A stretch of DNA of 64,000 nucleotides, from IMG/VR virus record IMGVR_UViG_3300000568_000014; one strand, written 5' to 3'. Position 1 is the first letter of the stretch. The number at the start of each line of letters is the position of its first letter. This document shows positions 28,395 through 38,186 of the stretch, piece after piece. Source of the DNA: a virus. The position numbers were made by a program, and so were the translations under genes. The notes beneath the pieces were generated by a model that was not told the DNA's origin, searched no databases, and saw nothing but the letters and a program-made list of their open reading frames with translations.

Positions 28395-28678
28395 TGCCGG
28401 TTATAACAGTCGAGGTTGATGGAAAACATAAACCTGCTATTAGCAAGCGGGATTTTACTGTGAAGTATCTTGAACAACGTGAGTTCGAGGGGGCTTACGT
28501 CAAAGAAATATATGATGCATGGTTAGATTTTTGCATCCAAATAGGGAAGAAACCCGGAACCTATAAAGATTTTAGAACAAATATATCCAACTTAAAAAAA
28601 GAGGGATTAATAGAGAAATTTAAGGAGGAACCTGTTTACAACAGGTGGAATCGATCCTACTATAGAATTTCAATCTAA
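28394..28678 (+). CDS. winged-helix DNA-binding protein
   Basis: YVKEIY..TYKDFRTNISNLKKEGLIE..RSYYRI. Confidence 0.6.
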   Translation: MPVITVEVDGKHKPAISKRDFTVKYLEQREFEGAYVKEIYDAWLDFCIQIGKKPGTYKDFRTNISNLKKEGLIEKFKEEPVYNRWNRSYYRISI

Positions 28679-28736
28679 TTTTTGATTATCTTTAAATAAT
28701 TGCAATGATAATAATACACGTAGAGAGCGTGAAACA

Positions 28737-29600
28737 ATGAGTTATCCTAGCAAGTCTACGGACGAATTCGGTCTTGTCGAAGACAACGCATATCTGACGG
28801 TTTTCATACCGGCATCTCAGTTGGCTATTCCATTTAGGGTTCTTGCGCGACATAATCGTGGTGGAGAAATCCTCAATTACGGTCCTATTCCCATCACAGC
28901 CGCAGAAACGTGGGGTTCATACGATGGTGGTACTACCACTGCTCCTGCCGACGACGTAATACCGAGTCGCGGGTTTACAAACACTGCAAAGTCGTTTACG
29001 CCCCCAACGGATATGTCAACCGTTTATGATTCAAGTGACATGTGGTATATACCATATGACTTCCGAGAGAGGCTTTTCCACGTTAAGATGGAAGTTACTC
29101 CTACTTTTACAAGGTGTGGAGTACAGATTCCAAAAGGTCAGAACCAACAGAGGTTCCAGCGTGATCGTGCCGTTCTCGGAGTAGATAAAATCTCTGGTTT
29201 TAGCAGGGGTTCTCTTGAGATGGTACACTTCCCTGAAATAAGGATTGGATATACCTTTGGGAATGATACGAATCTCGATCTGTTCAATAACGTGAAGTTC
29301 ACGTATGGAGAATATATGATTGGAATCCCTGGAGACCCGGAACTTATCTATAACATTCTTGACAAGAGGGTTCCAAGTCACTGGGTAACTCTTCCGATTG
29401 CTACTTACGATTCTGCTGTAAAGGTCGGACTACAGAAGGACTACGGAATTGAGGGTTTCAACATGTACTCGCCTGAGGAACGCAGGTACGCAGTCGAGGA
29501 GTATGCTGGTATAATTGATAAGGTTAACAGGGATATTCTTATTGTAAAGAAGACTCCTTCGGATTCAATGCCTGGGAACGTTGTAAGGAGGGTGAGATAA
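28737..29600 (+). CDS. candidate capsid/structural protein
   Basis: 287-aa beta-rich ORF starting a second structural operon. Confidence 0.45.
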   Translation: MSYPSKSTDEFGLVEDNAYLTVFIPASQLAIPFRVLARHNRGGEILNYGPIPITAAETWGSYDGGTTTAPADDVIPSRGFTNTAKSFTPPTDMSTVYDSSDMWYIPYDFRERLFHVKMEVTPTFTRCGVQIPKGQNQQRFQRDRAVLGVDKISGFSRGSLEMVHFPEIRIGYTFGNDTNLDLFNNVKFTYGEYMIGIPGDPELIYNILDKRVPSHWVTLPIATYDSAVKVGLQKDYGIEGFNMYSPEERRYAVEEYAGIIDKVNRDILIVKKTPSDSMPGNVVRRVR

Positions 29601-30005
29601 ATGGTTAGCGAACTTTTTACCGTCTATGGAGAGACGGATGGGGCTGGAGTAACCGATGATTTCCCCCTGTACGCAGACATTATTGATTATACCATATCTG
29701 CTCCTGAATACCTTAGGATTCCTCGCGGGATGAAGCTTAAAATATGGGCAATCCGTGTGAATGGAAATCTTGGAGATACTGCGGTTACTGTAAACTACAC
29801 ACACGACGTAACAGCCGGTATACCCGTTTATATTGCCATTAACACGGATATACTCGATAATGCGGTTGATTCCAGGTTCTCCGACGACTACAGGAAACCA
29901 ATTATACTTCGTGGATTTACTGGAACAGAAGCAGTCAAATTCACATGGACGCAGCCTGTGGCAGTCGTAACAAATGCTGAAATCGATATTGAGTACTGTG
30001 ACTAA
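29601..30005 (+). CDS. candidate single jelly-roll structural protein
   Basis: 134 aa, all-beta pattern (YLRIPRGMKLKIWAIRV). Confidence 0.4.
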   Translation: MVSELFTVYGETDGAGVTDDFPLYADIIDYTISAPEYLRIPRGMKLKIWAIRVNGNLGDTAVTVNYTHDVTAGIPVYIAINTDILDNAVDSRFSDDYRKPIILRGFTGTEAVKFTWTQPVAVVTNAEIDIEYCD

Positions 30006-30007
30006 CC

Positions 30008-30166
30008 ATGGTAGAGGAGATTCCAGAGGAGGACGGATACTGGGAACTTGTTGAGGAGAATTCCCCATCTTGCGCGTTAAATCCTCCAAATGGGGAAGAG
30101 GAATCTCATCCTCTATTACCAGTGTTGTGTCTTCTTGGAGGGACCGCATTATTGGGAGGTATTTAA
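30008..30166 (+). CDS. small acidic protein with C-terminal hydrophobic anchor (52 aa, not in ORF track)
   Basis: MVEEIPEEDGYW..PLLPVLCLLGGTALLGGI; coupled to its neighbours. Confidence 0.45.
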   Translation: MVEEIPEEDGYWELVEENSPSCALNPPNGEEESHPLLPVLCLLGGTALLGGI

Positions 30167-30598
30167 ATGCCATACCCAGGAGAGGAAAGGTGCTTTGATG
30201 GTAACAAATACAGGTTTGTTCCAATTCCACAGGAGGAAGATGAAACAATGATAGTAGAGGCAATAGATCGAATGAATTCAAACCTTGAGAGGGTAATAGA
30301 ACTTCTTGATGATCAGAAATGGGTTGGTTCTACATATGAATTTCATAATGTTGATGTAGAGGCAAACTTCCAGAACAAGGAGTTTATTTTAAACCCGCCT
30401 TCAAGATCGTTTGTTCTTGAAAGCTCCAGGGAGGTAAAGGTTAAACTCAACTCAAGAAATGCAAATGAAATAATTGTGCGCGGTATTGACTCTCCTCTTA
30501 TAAGGACAAATATTCCGAAATCTCAGGCTATTTCAGCAATCTACGTTACGACTGGAACCGACGCATCGAATATTAGGATAATATCATTTTCTGATTGA
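30167..30598 (+). CDS. putative structural protein
   Basis: Short coil followed by a beta domain. Confidence 0.5.
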   Translation: MPYPGEERCFDGNKYRFVPIPQEEDETMIVEAIDRMNSNLERVIELLDDQKWVGSTYEFHNVDVEANFQNKEFILNPPSRSFVLESSREVKVKLNSRNANEIIVRGIDSPLIRTNIPKSQAISAIYVTTGTDASNIRIISFSD

Positions 30599-30607
30599 GG
30601 GTGTTTT

Positions 30608-31096
30608 ATGGATAAAACACTCTCTCTTGGTGGAAAGGGAAGTAAATCTTCTTCTGAATCTGTTAGGGCAGGAAGAGAATTAAATTTGGAATGGACCCAT
30701 GGACTTTTATATCACGATGTTATAACAGCTCACTGGCTTCCACTCCCATGGGTCTTCACAGTACTTGTAAGAAAAGATCTTGTGGTTGGAGAAGATACCT
30801 ACGTATACGGTTATTACATAATGACCGAAGAAGCCAACAGATTTTGGGTTTTATGGCAGCTTGATGATATTCTCTATTACAAGGATGTTTATATACCTGC
30901 AAAGGGATTTGTGTATTATGTTGATAATGTTCCTATAAACATAGGGTATCCAGGGAGAAAAAAAGCAACAGATGACCCAGCTTACACATACGTTGCGATA
31001 TACGCAACTATTGATAATCCAAATGTTACATTTTATCAGGCTGGAATTTTAACTGGGACTGAAGATACACTATCCTCAGAAGGGAGGAATTTCTAA
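30608..31096 (+). CDS. beta-sandwich protein, paralog A
   Basis: YVYGYYIMTEEANRFWVLW motif shared with the next two ORFs. Confidence 0.6.
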   Translation: MDKTLSLGGKGSKSSSESVRAGRELNLEWTHGLLYHDVITAHWLPLPWVFTVLVRKDLVVGEDTYVYGYYIMTEEANRFWVLWQLDDILYYKDVYIPAKGFVYYVDNVPINIGYPGRKKATDDPAYTYVAIYATIDNPNVTFYQAGILTGTEDTLSSEGRNF

Positions 31097-31518
31097 TGAT
31101 TGGAAAGGGTATAAAAACCAGTGAAACAGCGTGTGTTGACAGATATGGTAGAGAATACGTCGAAGTATGGTGGGAAAATGCTGGCGCATTCATTTCACCG
31201 CTTCCTTATCCTTCTGTTTTATGCCAATATTCTGTCGGTGAAAAGGAGGCTGTATATATTCATGGATTTTCTATAACAGCAACAGAAGACAATGATTTCT
31301 ATATTCTGTGGTATAACAGGGATGATGGACTCCACTATATATATGTTCCATTTGGTTCTAGAGGAACATATCATTTTACTTCTCCTATTGCATTAAACGA
31401 ATCGGAACCTGCTAATCAGTATGGATGGGGTGTTGCAATTGCCGCAAAAGATCCATGCGGAGCATTGCAGACTTATCAAGCAACATTATTATTAGGTAAA
31501 GAGAGAATAAATACATAG
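31096..31518 (+). CDS. beta-sandwich protein, paralog B
   Basis: YIHGFSITATEDNDFYILW. Confidence 0.6.
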   Translation: MIGKGIKTSETACVDRYGREYVEVWWENAGAFISPLPYPSVLCQYSVGEKEAVYIHGFSITATEDNDFYILWYNRDDGLHYIYVPFGSRGTYHFTSPIALNESEPANQYGWGVAIAAKDPCGALQTYQATLLLGKERINT

Positions 31519-31532
31519 AGAAGGTGCTATAA

Positions 31533-31961
31533 TTGAGTCTTTCGTTTGGTTCGATAATGAGTATACCCGCTTCTAGGATGATAAGGTATGGAAGGGATAT
31601 CTCTCTCGGATGGGAACATGACGGAGCAACTGGCCCATTTGCGGGTGGAACTGTCTTGTGTCAGGTAACTGTTACCCCTGGTAAAGATGCGTATATTTAT
31701 GGTTTTAGCATAACCGCAGGGGAATCAAATGGTTTTTATATAAGGTGGGAAAACGAAGGAACTTCTTATACATACTACATAGACTTTCCATCCGATGGGA
31801 GTGTTACTTATACCGATTTCGTTCCACTGAACGAGGGATTACCAGCAAACAGGAGGGCGGGGTCTGCTGTCACAACGATTTCACTCGTTGCTGTGAATGC
31901 AGGAGGGGCGGCAGTTATATATTCGGTGGGTCTTCTTGTTGGGGAGGTGACACACGAATGA
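31533..31961 (+). CDS. beta-sandwich protein, paralog C
   Basis: YIYGFSITAGESNGFYIRW. Confidence 0.6.
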   Translation: MSLSFGSIMSIPASRMIRYGRDISLGWEHDGATGPFAGGTVLCQVTVTPGKDAYIYGFSITAGESNGFYIRWENEGTSYTYYIDFPSDGSVTYTDFVPLNEGLPANRRAGSAVTTISLVAVNAGGAAVIYSVGLLVGEVTHE

Positions 31962-32482
31962 GCGGATATAGCACCGTAACCGCCGCAAAAGCGATAATTA
32001 ATGCTCTCGATTGGCAGGAAAGCGTACTTAGTAGAACCACCGATGTTCCGCTTGCCCCAACGAATGGTGATAGGTATATAATTCCAGTTGGGGCAACAGG
32101 AGTATGGACGGGATATGATAATTACATAGCCGAGTATCGTGGTTCTCCTCTTGGTTCATGGCAAATTACAGCACCCGATTTGGGAACGGCAACGTTTGTT
32201 GAAGACGAAACAACCATATATTTATACTTTGGTGCGTGGTTCCCGTTTGCTCTGTTTTTGTTCCAGCATGACACTGCGACAATAACGGCAGGAAATGCTT
32301 TCGTAGACGTAACTCATAGTTTATTCTGGGTTCCAACGATAGACGATATTCAAGTTACTTCGAATGATGACCTAGGAGGAAGATCAGTGTGGATTGACAC
32401 GGTTGGAGCGGTGACGTTTAGAATCAACATGAATCCGGTTGACATAGTTAATCATGATTTCACATGGGTGGCGATGTTATGA
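31958..32482 (+). CDS. DUF2793-like domain plus small C-terminal beta domain
   Basis: DWQESVLSR..GDRYII..ATGVWTG..IAEY..W..P..G..VEDE; start at MSGYS. The C-terminal domain is shared with 35977 and 37150. Confidence 0.7.
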   Translation: MSGYSTVTAAKAIINALDWQESVLSRTTDVPLAPTNGDRYIIPVGATGVWTGYDNYIAEYRGSPLGSWQITAPDLGTATFVEDETTIYLYFGAWFPFALFLFQHDTATITAGNAFVDVTHSLFWVPTIDDIQVTSNDDLGGRSVWIDTVGAVTFRINMNPVDIVNHDFTWVAML

Positions 32483-32508
32483 TTCTGTTAATGAGCGTTA
32501 ACGGAAAA
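32482..32508. repeat. dif-like site 2 (ATTCTGTTAA-TGAGCG-TTAACGGAAAA)
   Basis: Overlaps the TGA stop of the upstream gene. Confidence 0.8.
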
Positions 32509-32529
32509 GACGAAAAGGAGGGAAATTAG

Positions 32530-33873
32530 ATGGCTGCTGGATGGTCTGCCTTTAAGAAGCCATACGAAGCAATGGTTTTCATAGATGGAGCCAACATTAT
32601 AGCGGTCAATAGAGATGGAGGATATATTGACCATGGAACAGCAGGAGTAGATGATGACATTGTAATTCAATCTGCCCTTACACATGCTGGCACCACCACA
32701 GGAACGGTGTCGCTTGGAACGGGAGTGTATACCATTTATGCAACTCTTTCAGTTCCTACGTATGTGAACTTGGTTGGTCAGGGACATTCAACGCTTCTAT
32801 ATCTTGCTAACGGAGTTGATGATAACGTTATACTACTCAATGGTGGGGTCAGTAATATCGTAGCTGACCTGTTCGTAGATGGTAACTCTGGTGGAAACAC
32901 TGCCGGGAGTGGAATAAAAGTTCAACATGGTGGACCCAGTATTACTATTAGTTCTATAAGAGACGTTTTCATATGTAATGCTGCCGAGTATGGCGTTTAC
33001 ATATCACCCAATTCAGGATTTACTACTCTGAGAGATTCAACAATTATGACATGTGGGATTGCTCCCGTCTATGATGGAACCACTTCTTCCATTATAAGCA
33101 ATGTAACTGGATACGCTCCTTTGAATAATCAGAGAGACACTATAAGTAATCTTCTCGAAATATTGGGAGATGTAAGAGGGTTGTATCCTGGGATAATGTC
33201 AAGTGGCGTGGTTCTTCCTGATTATTCAATGAACGGCCACAATGGAGTATCTGGGGAAGATTTGAAAAATCTCATGAATTACCAAGGAAAAACATATGCG
33301 TATTATATGAATTCCGCAACCCCTGCGAGAACGCTTACTGTACCCGACGATCCAGACTTCTCGTTTGGAACTGGCCTTGCGGATAGTGCATTTTCGCTTG
33401 TATGCGCTTTCTATAGGACTGCGCTAGGAGCGTGTACATTAATCTCCAAGAGGGACGATGCACTTTCCCGAAAGGAATGGTGGGTGGATGTTGGGGCCGG
33501 AGCAGCATCCCCAATTACATTCTACTGCTATGATCAATCTGTTCCAGCATACATTAATGTAGTAAGCAGCGATATACTGTGGGATACAAATTGGCATACC
33601 ATGGTTGCTACCTATGATGGCAGTGGAGTGAGGGATGGATTGACAGTATACTATGATGGTGTAGATGTTTCACTTACGCATAATATAAGCGGGGCGTATG
33701 TTGCTATGGAAAATCTTGCAGCAAAAGTTGGTCTTGGTTGCCACCATAATAATGGGGCGGTTACTGGAGTATTTACCGGGGAAATGACATGGTTTGGAAT
33801 TACCGGGAAGGAACTTGATGCTGATGAAGCGTGGTCTGTTGATCAGCGTCTTAGAGGGGTGCTTGGCTTATGA
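32530..33873 (+). CDS. adhesin: pectate-lyase-like beta-helix plus LamG/concanavalin-like domain
   Basis: DDIVIQSAL..GVYTI..VNLVGQG beta-helix start; WHTMVATYDGS..VYYDG LamG. Confidence 0.75.
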   Translation: MAAGWSAFKKPYEAMVFIDGANIIAVNRDGGYIDHGTAGVDDDIVIQSALTHAGTTTGTVSLGTGVYTIYATLSVPTYVNLVGQGHSTLLYLANGVDDNVILLNGGVSNIVADLFVDGNSGGNTAGSGIKVQHGGPSITISSIRDVFICNAAEYGVYISPNSGFTTLRDSTIMTCGIAPVYDGTTSSIISNVTGYAPLNNQRDTISNLLEILGDVRGLYPGIMSSGVVLPDYSMNGHNGVSGEDLKNLMNYQGKTYAYYMNSATPARTLTVPDDPDFSFGTGLADSAFSLVCAFYRTALGACTLISKRDDALSRKEWWVDVGAGAASPITFYCYDQSVPAYINVVSSDILWDTNWHTMVATYDGSGVRDGLTVYYDGVDVSLTHNISGAYVAMENLAAKVGLGCHHNNGAVTGVFTGEMTWFGITGKELDADEAWSVDQRLRGVLGL

Positions 33874-33902
33874 TTTTTCCGTTAACTACAATTAACAGAA
33901 AA
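33874..33902. repeat. dif-like site 3 (TTTTTCCGTTAA-CTACAA-TTAACAGAAAA)
   Basis: Immediately after the stop of 32530..33873. Confidence 0.8.
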
Positions 33903-33915
33903 TGGAGCGTGTGAT

Positions 33916-35937
33916 ATGGGAACTGCAAAGGTTAGGAGTGGGAGTGCTGTTGGAAAGGTAAAATATCCATACGACGCGATGGTTTACATCGATGGCACTA
34001 CTGTAATTGCTGTCGATAGTGAGGGTAATACAATAAAACGTGGTACTGCTGGGACGGATGATAGTGAGGTTATTCAGGCGGCAGTTACTAATATCGGGGA
34101 TAATCAGGGAGTTGTATACTTAAATTCAAAAGATACGTTTACAATTACAAATGCTATTGAATCAAACGGTAAGATAAGTTTAGTTTCTCACGGTGCATAT
34201 ATAGATTTAACATCATTCGATGGAACATTTTTTAAAGTCAATAATACAGCAGGACAGGTAGTATATGAGCATGTTGCAATAGAAGGACTTAATATAGTTG
34301 GGAGTTTAACTAATACAAATACCGTTGCCATACATGTTTTTAGAAGACCGTGGAATGTTGTAATAAGAGATGTGATTATTAAGTTTGTTTCTTATCCAAT
34401 TAAAGTTGAAGGAGAATGTTATGGAATTAATATCAACCATTGTTTTATTTCAAGTTGCATAAATGCAATAACATTCTTAGAAGGGAGTGGGGCAGACATG
34501 TCCAACTTCTCAACCGTTACAGAATGTAATATTGGTTCGGCCTCTCAATATGGTATAGACTGCACAGGGATCGGATATGGATCATTTATTACTAATAACT
34601 ATTTTGAGGGCAATCTAACAGGAATATACTATAATGTTAGTCCACAAAGAAATACTATGTCAGGGAATTTTATAAGCGTTAGTTCAAGCGGGGTTGGAAT
34701 AGAATGTGTTGGTCCGGGGTTAGTAATCGGAAATATGTTTACTACTGTTGGAAACTCAATATGTATAAAATTGAGTGGAACTGCCTCATCTGGAACATAT
34801 GACATTAAAGATAATACTGCACAACTCTATGATGATTCTCAATTTATAGTTGGTCCTAGTAACAAGGGATATGTTGCAAATGTTACGGGCAATACGGTAT
34901 CACCAACCGGCGGGAGTACACTCAGCAATTATTATATATCGGTTCAATTTGTTCAATCTGTAGTATCAAATAATATACTACTTGGCACATCTACTTCTTC
35001 TGGGATTTACGCATACAGTTCAGCACCTTATTCAAGTTATAATATTATAAGTAACAATTTATTAAGAGATTTTGATACAGGAATCACATCCTCTCTATCA
35101 ACAGCATGTAATGGAAATTATTTTTATAATGTAAAAGTTCCAATGTCAAAAACTTGGAATTCCTCCCTTGTTTCAGCAAACAATTTTGGGTATGCCCATA
35201 TTTCTGAAGTATATGATAGTATAGGTGCAATATTAGATATATTTGGAGATCCAAGACTCCTCTGCGTATGTTTCCAAATATCAGGGACTTCAGTATCAGA
35301 TTATACCAGAAGATCCAATACACTTACGGCAGTAGCACCAGTAGAAGACTGGTGTGGTTACCAAAAGAAATCACCTTACTACAACTTTAATGGTACATCA
35401 CACTATCTCTATCGTGCCAACGACACGGACTTTAACTTTGGCAATTCATTAACTGACTCTGCGTTCTCATTAGTAGTTGCAATAAACCCAGATAACGTAA
35501 CCTCACGACAGATTATCGGCAAGTGGGACGTAAACAATCTCCGCGAGTGGAGACTGTTCCTTGACGCTAGCGGCTACCCCACCTTGCAGCTTTATGATGA
35601 GTCGGTTGACAAATACATAGGAAGACAGGACCAAACAGCATTCACTACAGGCTCTTGGAAGATTCTTATAACTACCTATGATGGATCAGGTATTTGTGCT
35701 GGGTGTAAGATATACATTGATGGAGTGCAACTTGACGATGCTGACTACACCGACGCAGGATACGTCGCTATGGAAGCGATTAACACTAATTTAATGGTCG
35801 GTGCTCTCAAGAATGCGGCTGCATACAGCGAATATTTTGACGGTAAAATGACTTGGATTAGTGTTGCAGCTAAAGAACTCTCTATAGATGAGGTTTGGAG
35901 CTTAACACAGCGTCTCAAGGGGGCGTTGGGCATATGA
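33916..35937 (+). CDS. adhesin: long beta-helix plus LamG domain
   Basis: Asn-ladder repeats (ITNNYF, MSGNFI, VTGNTV); WKILITTYDGS..IYIDG. Confidence 0.75.
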   Translation: MGTAKVRSGSAVGKVKYPYDAMVYIDGTTVIAVDSEGNTIKRGTAGTDDSEVIQAAVTNIGDNQGVVYLNSKDTFTITNAIESNGKISLVSHGAYIDLTSFDGTFFKVNNTAGQVVYEHVAIEGLNIVGSLTNTNTVAIHVFRRPWNVVIRDVIIKFVSYPIKVEGECYGININHCFISSCINAITFLEGSGADMSNFSTVTECNIGSASQYGIDCTGIGYGSFITNNYFEGNLTGIYYNVSPQRNTMSGNFISVSSSGVGIECVGPGLVIGNMFTTVGNSICIKLSGTASSGTYDIKDNTAQLYDDSQFIVGPSNKGYVANVTGNTVSPTGGSTLSNYYISVQFVQSVVSNNILLGTSTSSGIYAYSSAPYSSYNIISNNLLRDFDTGITSSLSTACNGNYFYNVKVPMSKTWNSSLVSANNFGYAHISEVYDSIGAILDIFGDPRLLCVCFQISGTSVSDYTRRSNTLTAVAPVEDWCGYQKKSPYYNFNGTSHYLYRANDTDFNFGNSLTDSAFSLVVAINPDNVTSRQIIGKWDVNNLREWRLFLDASGYPTLQLYDESVDKYIGRQDQTAFTTGSWKILITTYDGSGICAGCKIYIDGVQLDDADYTDAGYVAMEAINTNLMVGALKNAAAYSEYFDGKMTWISVAAKELSIDEVWSLTQRLKGALGI

Positions 35938-35962
35938 TTCGGTTAATATACATTAACAGAAA
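35937..35962. repeat. dif-like site 4 (ATTCGGTTAA-TATACA-TTAACAGAAA)
   Basis: Overlaps the TGA stop. Confidence 0.8.
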
Positions 35963-35976
35963 TGAGGTGATCTGAT

Positions 35977-36240
35977 ATGGTGCAATATTCGGGTAAACAC
36001 GTTTTTGGACCAGTGAGAGGCTATAGCAATCGGGGAACTGCAACTCTTACTCTTGGAAACACCTACGTTGACGTATCACATTCCATGGGTGGAACTCCAA
36101 CAAACATTGTCGTCACTCCTTCGTCAAACCTAGGAACTCGTTCATTCTGGGTGGATACTATCGGCGCATCTACCTTCAGGATCAACATCAACTCAACTGA
36201 CATAATTGACCACACATTCCATTGGCGAGCCGAAGTTTGA
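35977..36240 (+). CDS. small beta-domain protein
   Basis: GTATLTLGNTYVDVSHSMGGTPT..TFRININ..DHTFHWRAEV; paralog of 37150. Confidence 0.65.
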   Translation: MVQYSGKHVFGPVRGYSNRGTATLTLGNTYVDVSHSMGGTPTNIVVTPSSNLGTRSFWVDTIGASTFRININSTDIIDHTFHWRAEV

Positions 36241-36265
36241 TTCTGTTAATGACTATTAACCGAAA
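36240..36265. repeat. dif-like site 5 (ATTCTGTTAA-TGACTA-TTAACCGAAA)
   Basis: Overlaps the TGA stop. Confidence 0.8.
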
Positions 36266-36302
36266 CAATACTCTTTTTGTGTTAACGGGCTAACTTAATA
36301 TT

Positions 36303-37097
36303 ATGACATATAATGCCACTCCTGGTCATATAGAAGATGAAGAAACTAATTATTTCATATCAGATCTTCTTACTATAACCGGAGATACACGACTTCTAAT
36401 TGTACCAACAACTACAAGCGGAACAAACGTTGCTGACTCCTCAAGAAATGCACGTACTTTGGTTTCCAATGAAGCGGTTGAAAATATTTTGGAACACACC
36501 AAGAGAAATTACACATATGTGTTTGATGGTAGTGTTGCGCCTCCAAACCAAAATGTAATATACCATGCTGATAGCGCGGATTTTGAATTTGGAGATGGTA
36601 TTTCAGACGATCCGTTTAGTGTATTTGCTTTAATAAATGCATCTGCCACGGGAGGAGATCATTATATCATATCTAAGCAAGATTTTGGAGCTGCTGAATA
36701 TGAATGGCATCTCCATTTGACAGATGGTAATCCATATTTCATGTTGCACGATAATAGTGCATCGAGTTATATAGCGAGGTATAGAAATTCTGCGATATCC
36801 ACCGGAGTTTGGTACGTTATTGGAGGAACATACGACGGCGGCGGCTTGATTGGGGGTATAAAGGTATATCTTGATGGTATTCGGGTGGATAACACCGACG
36901 CGAGTGGAGGGGCTGGATACACTTCCATGGATGGTACTACGGCTGGTTTAAGTATTGGTGCGTTGTTAAACAATTCCCCGGTTATGACCGCTGGTTTTAC
37001 TGGAAGTATAGCGTCTGCTTGCATATGTGCCAAGGAATTAAGCTCTGATGAAATGTGGGCTATTAGCAAGCTTATAAAGGGATACTTTGGAGTATAA
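36303..37097 (+). CDS. LamG/concanavalin-like domain protein
   Basis: WYVIGGTYDG..KVYLDG; paralog of 37404 and 41970. Confidence 0.75.
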   Translation: MTYNATPGHIEDEETNYFISDLLTITGDTRLLIVPTTTSGTNVADSSRNARTLVSNEAVENILEHTKRNYTYVFDGSVAPPNQNVIYHADSADFEFGDGISDDPFSVFALINASATGGDHYIISKQDFGAAEYEWHLHLTDGNPYFMLHDNSASSYIARYRNSAISTGVWYVIGGTYDGGGLIGGIKVYLDGIRVDNTDASGGAGYTSMDGTTAGLSIGALLNNSPVMTAGFTGSIASACICAKELSSDEMWAISKLIKGYFGV

Positions 37098-37149
37098 TAA
37101 AAATTTTATAAACCAATCCTTTTTATTATTAAACATATAATAATTACTC

Positions 37150-37404
37150 ATGGCAAGGTATGTAGTCGAAAGCGGTTCTCCATCCTATTATAATTTCGGA
37201 AATGCAACAATCTCGATTGGAGATACATATGTTGATGTAACACATGGACTTCCTACTACCCCAACGAAGGTCATGATTACATCAACAACTAACATCGGAA
37301 CAAGATCTCTATGGGTATCAGATAGGGGGGCTGCTACCTTTAGGATTAATATAGATTCAAGTGATATAATTGATCATACATTTGATTGGGAGGCTGAAGT
37401 ATAA
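37150..37404 (+). CDS. small beta-domain protein
   Basis: Paralog of 35977. Confidence 0.65.
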   Translation: MARYVVESGSPSYYNFGNATISIGDTYVDVTHGLPTTPTKVMITSTTNIGTRSLWVSDRGAATFRINIDSSDIIDHTFDWEAEV

Positions 37405-38186
37405 TGACTTATAATGCTACACCTGGACACGTTACCGACTCAGAGGTAAACTACAACGTTAGTTCTCTGTATACAATCCTAGGAGACGTAAGGTTAATGT
37501 CTCCATTCGCTGCAATAACTGGAACTAATATTGCAGATGAAAGTAAAAATGGAAACGCCCTTACTGCAAGCGCGTCTGTTGCTACGTGGTTTGGTCATGC
37601 CGGTAGGACGGTCTACTATGATTTTGGAGCAGATAAGAGATTATATCGCGCCAACGATGCGGACTTTGACTTCGGTGATGGAGCGGGAAACGACACGGCG
37701 TTCTCGATTGCTTGTGCCATTAATCTTGATACCGCCGCAAATCAGACCATTATAGGAAAGTGGGATGAAACCGCTGCATCCGAGGCGAGAGAGTGGCTTC
37801 TATACACCGATGCAAGTGGTTATCCAACTTTAGATCTCTATGATGAATCTGGAGATCATTACATTGGTCGCCAGGATCAAACTGCATTTGCTACAGGAAG
37901 TTGGAAGATTCTGATTACTACATATTCCGCTTCTGAAACATCTAATGGGATTAAAATTTTTATAGATGGAGTTCAGCTTGATGATGCAAACCATGAAGAC
38001 GGTGGATATGCTTCGATGGATATAGTTGTTTCCGAGCTTAACATTGGTGCGCGAAAGAACGCTGCCGCAGGTTATTCAAACTACCTTGATGGCAAATTAA
38101 CATGGCCTATTGTGACTGCAAAAGAACTAAACATTCATGAAGTATGGGCTGTTACCAAGAGGCTTAAGGGATTGATTGGAGCATAA
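37404..38186 (+). CDS. LamG/concanavalin-like domain protein
   Basis: Shares YIGRQDQTAFxTGSWKILITTY with 33916..35937. Confidence 0.75.
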   Translation: MTYNATPGHVTDSEVNYNVSSLYTILGDVRLMSPFAAITGTNIADESKNGNALTASASVATWFGHAGRTVYYDFGADKRLYRANDADFDFGDGAGNDTAFSIACAINLDTAANQTIIGKWDETAASEAREWLLYTDASGYPTLDLYDESGDHYIGRQDQTAFATGSWKILITTYSASETSNGIKIFIDGVQLDDANHEDGGYASMDIVVSELNIGARKNAAAGYSNYLDGKLTWPIVTAKELNIHEVWAVTKRLKGLIGA

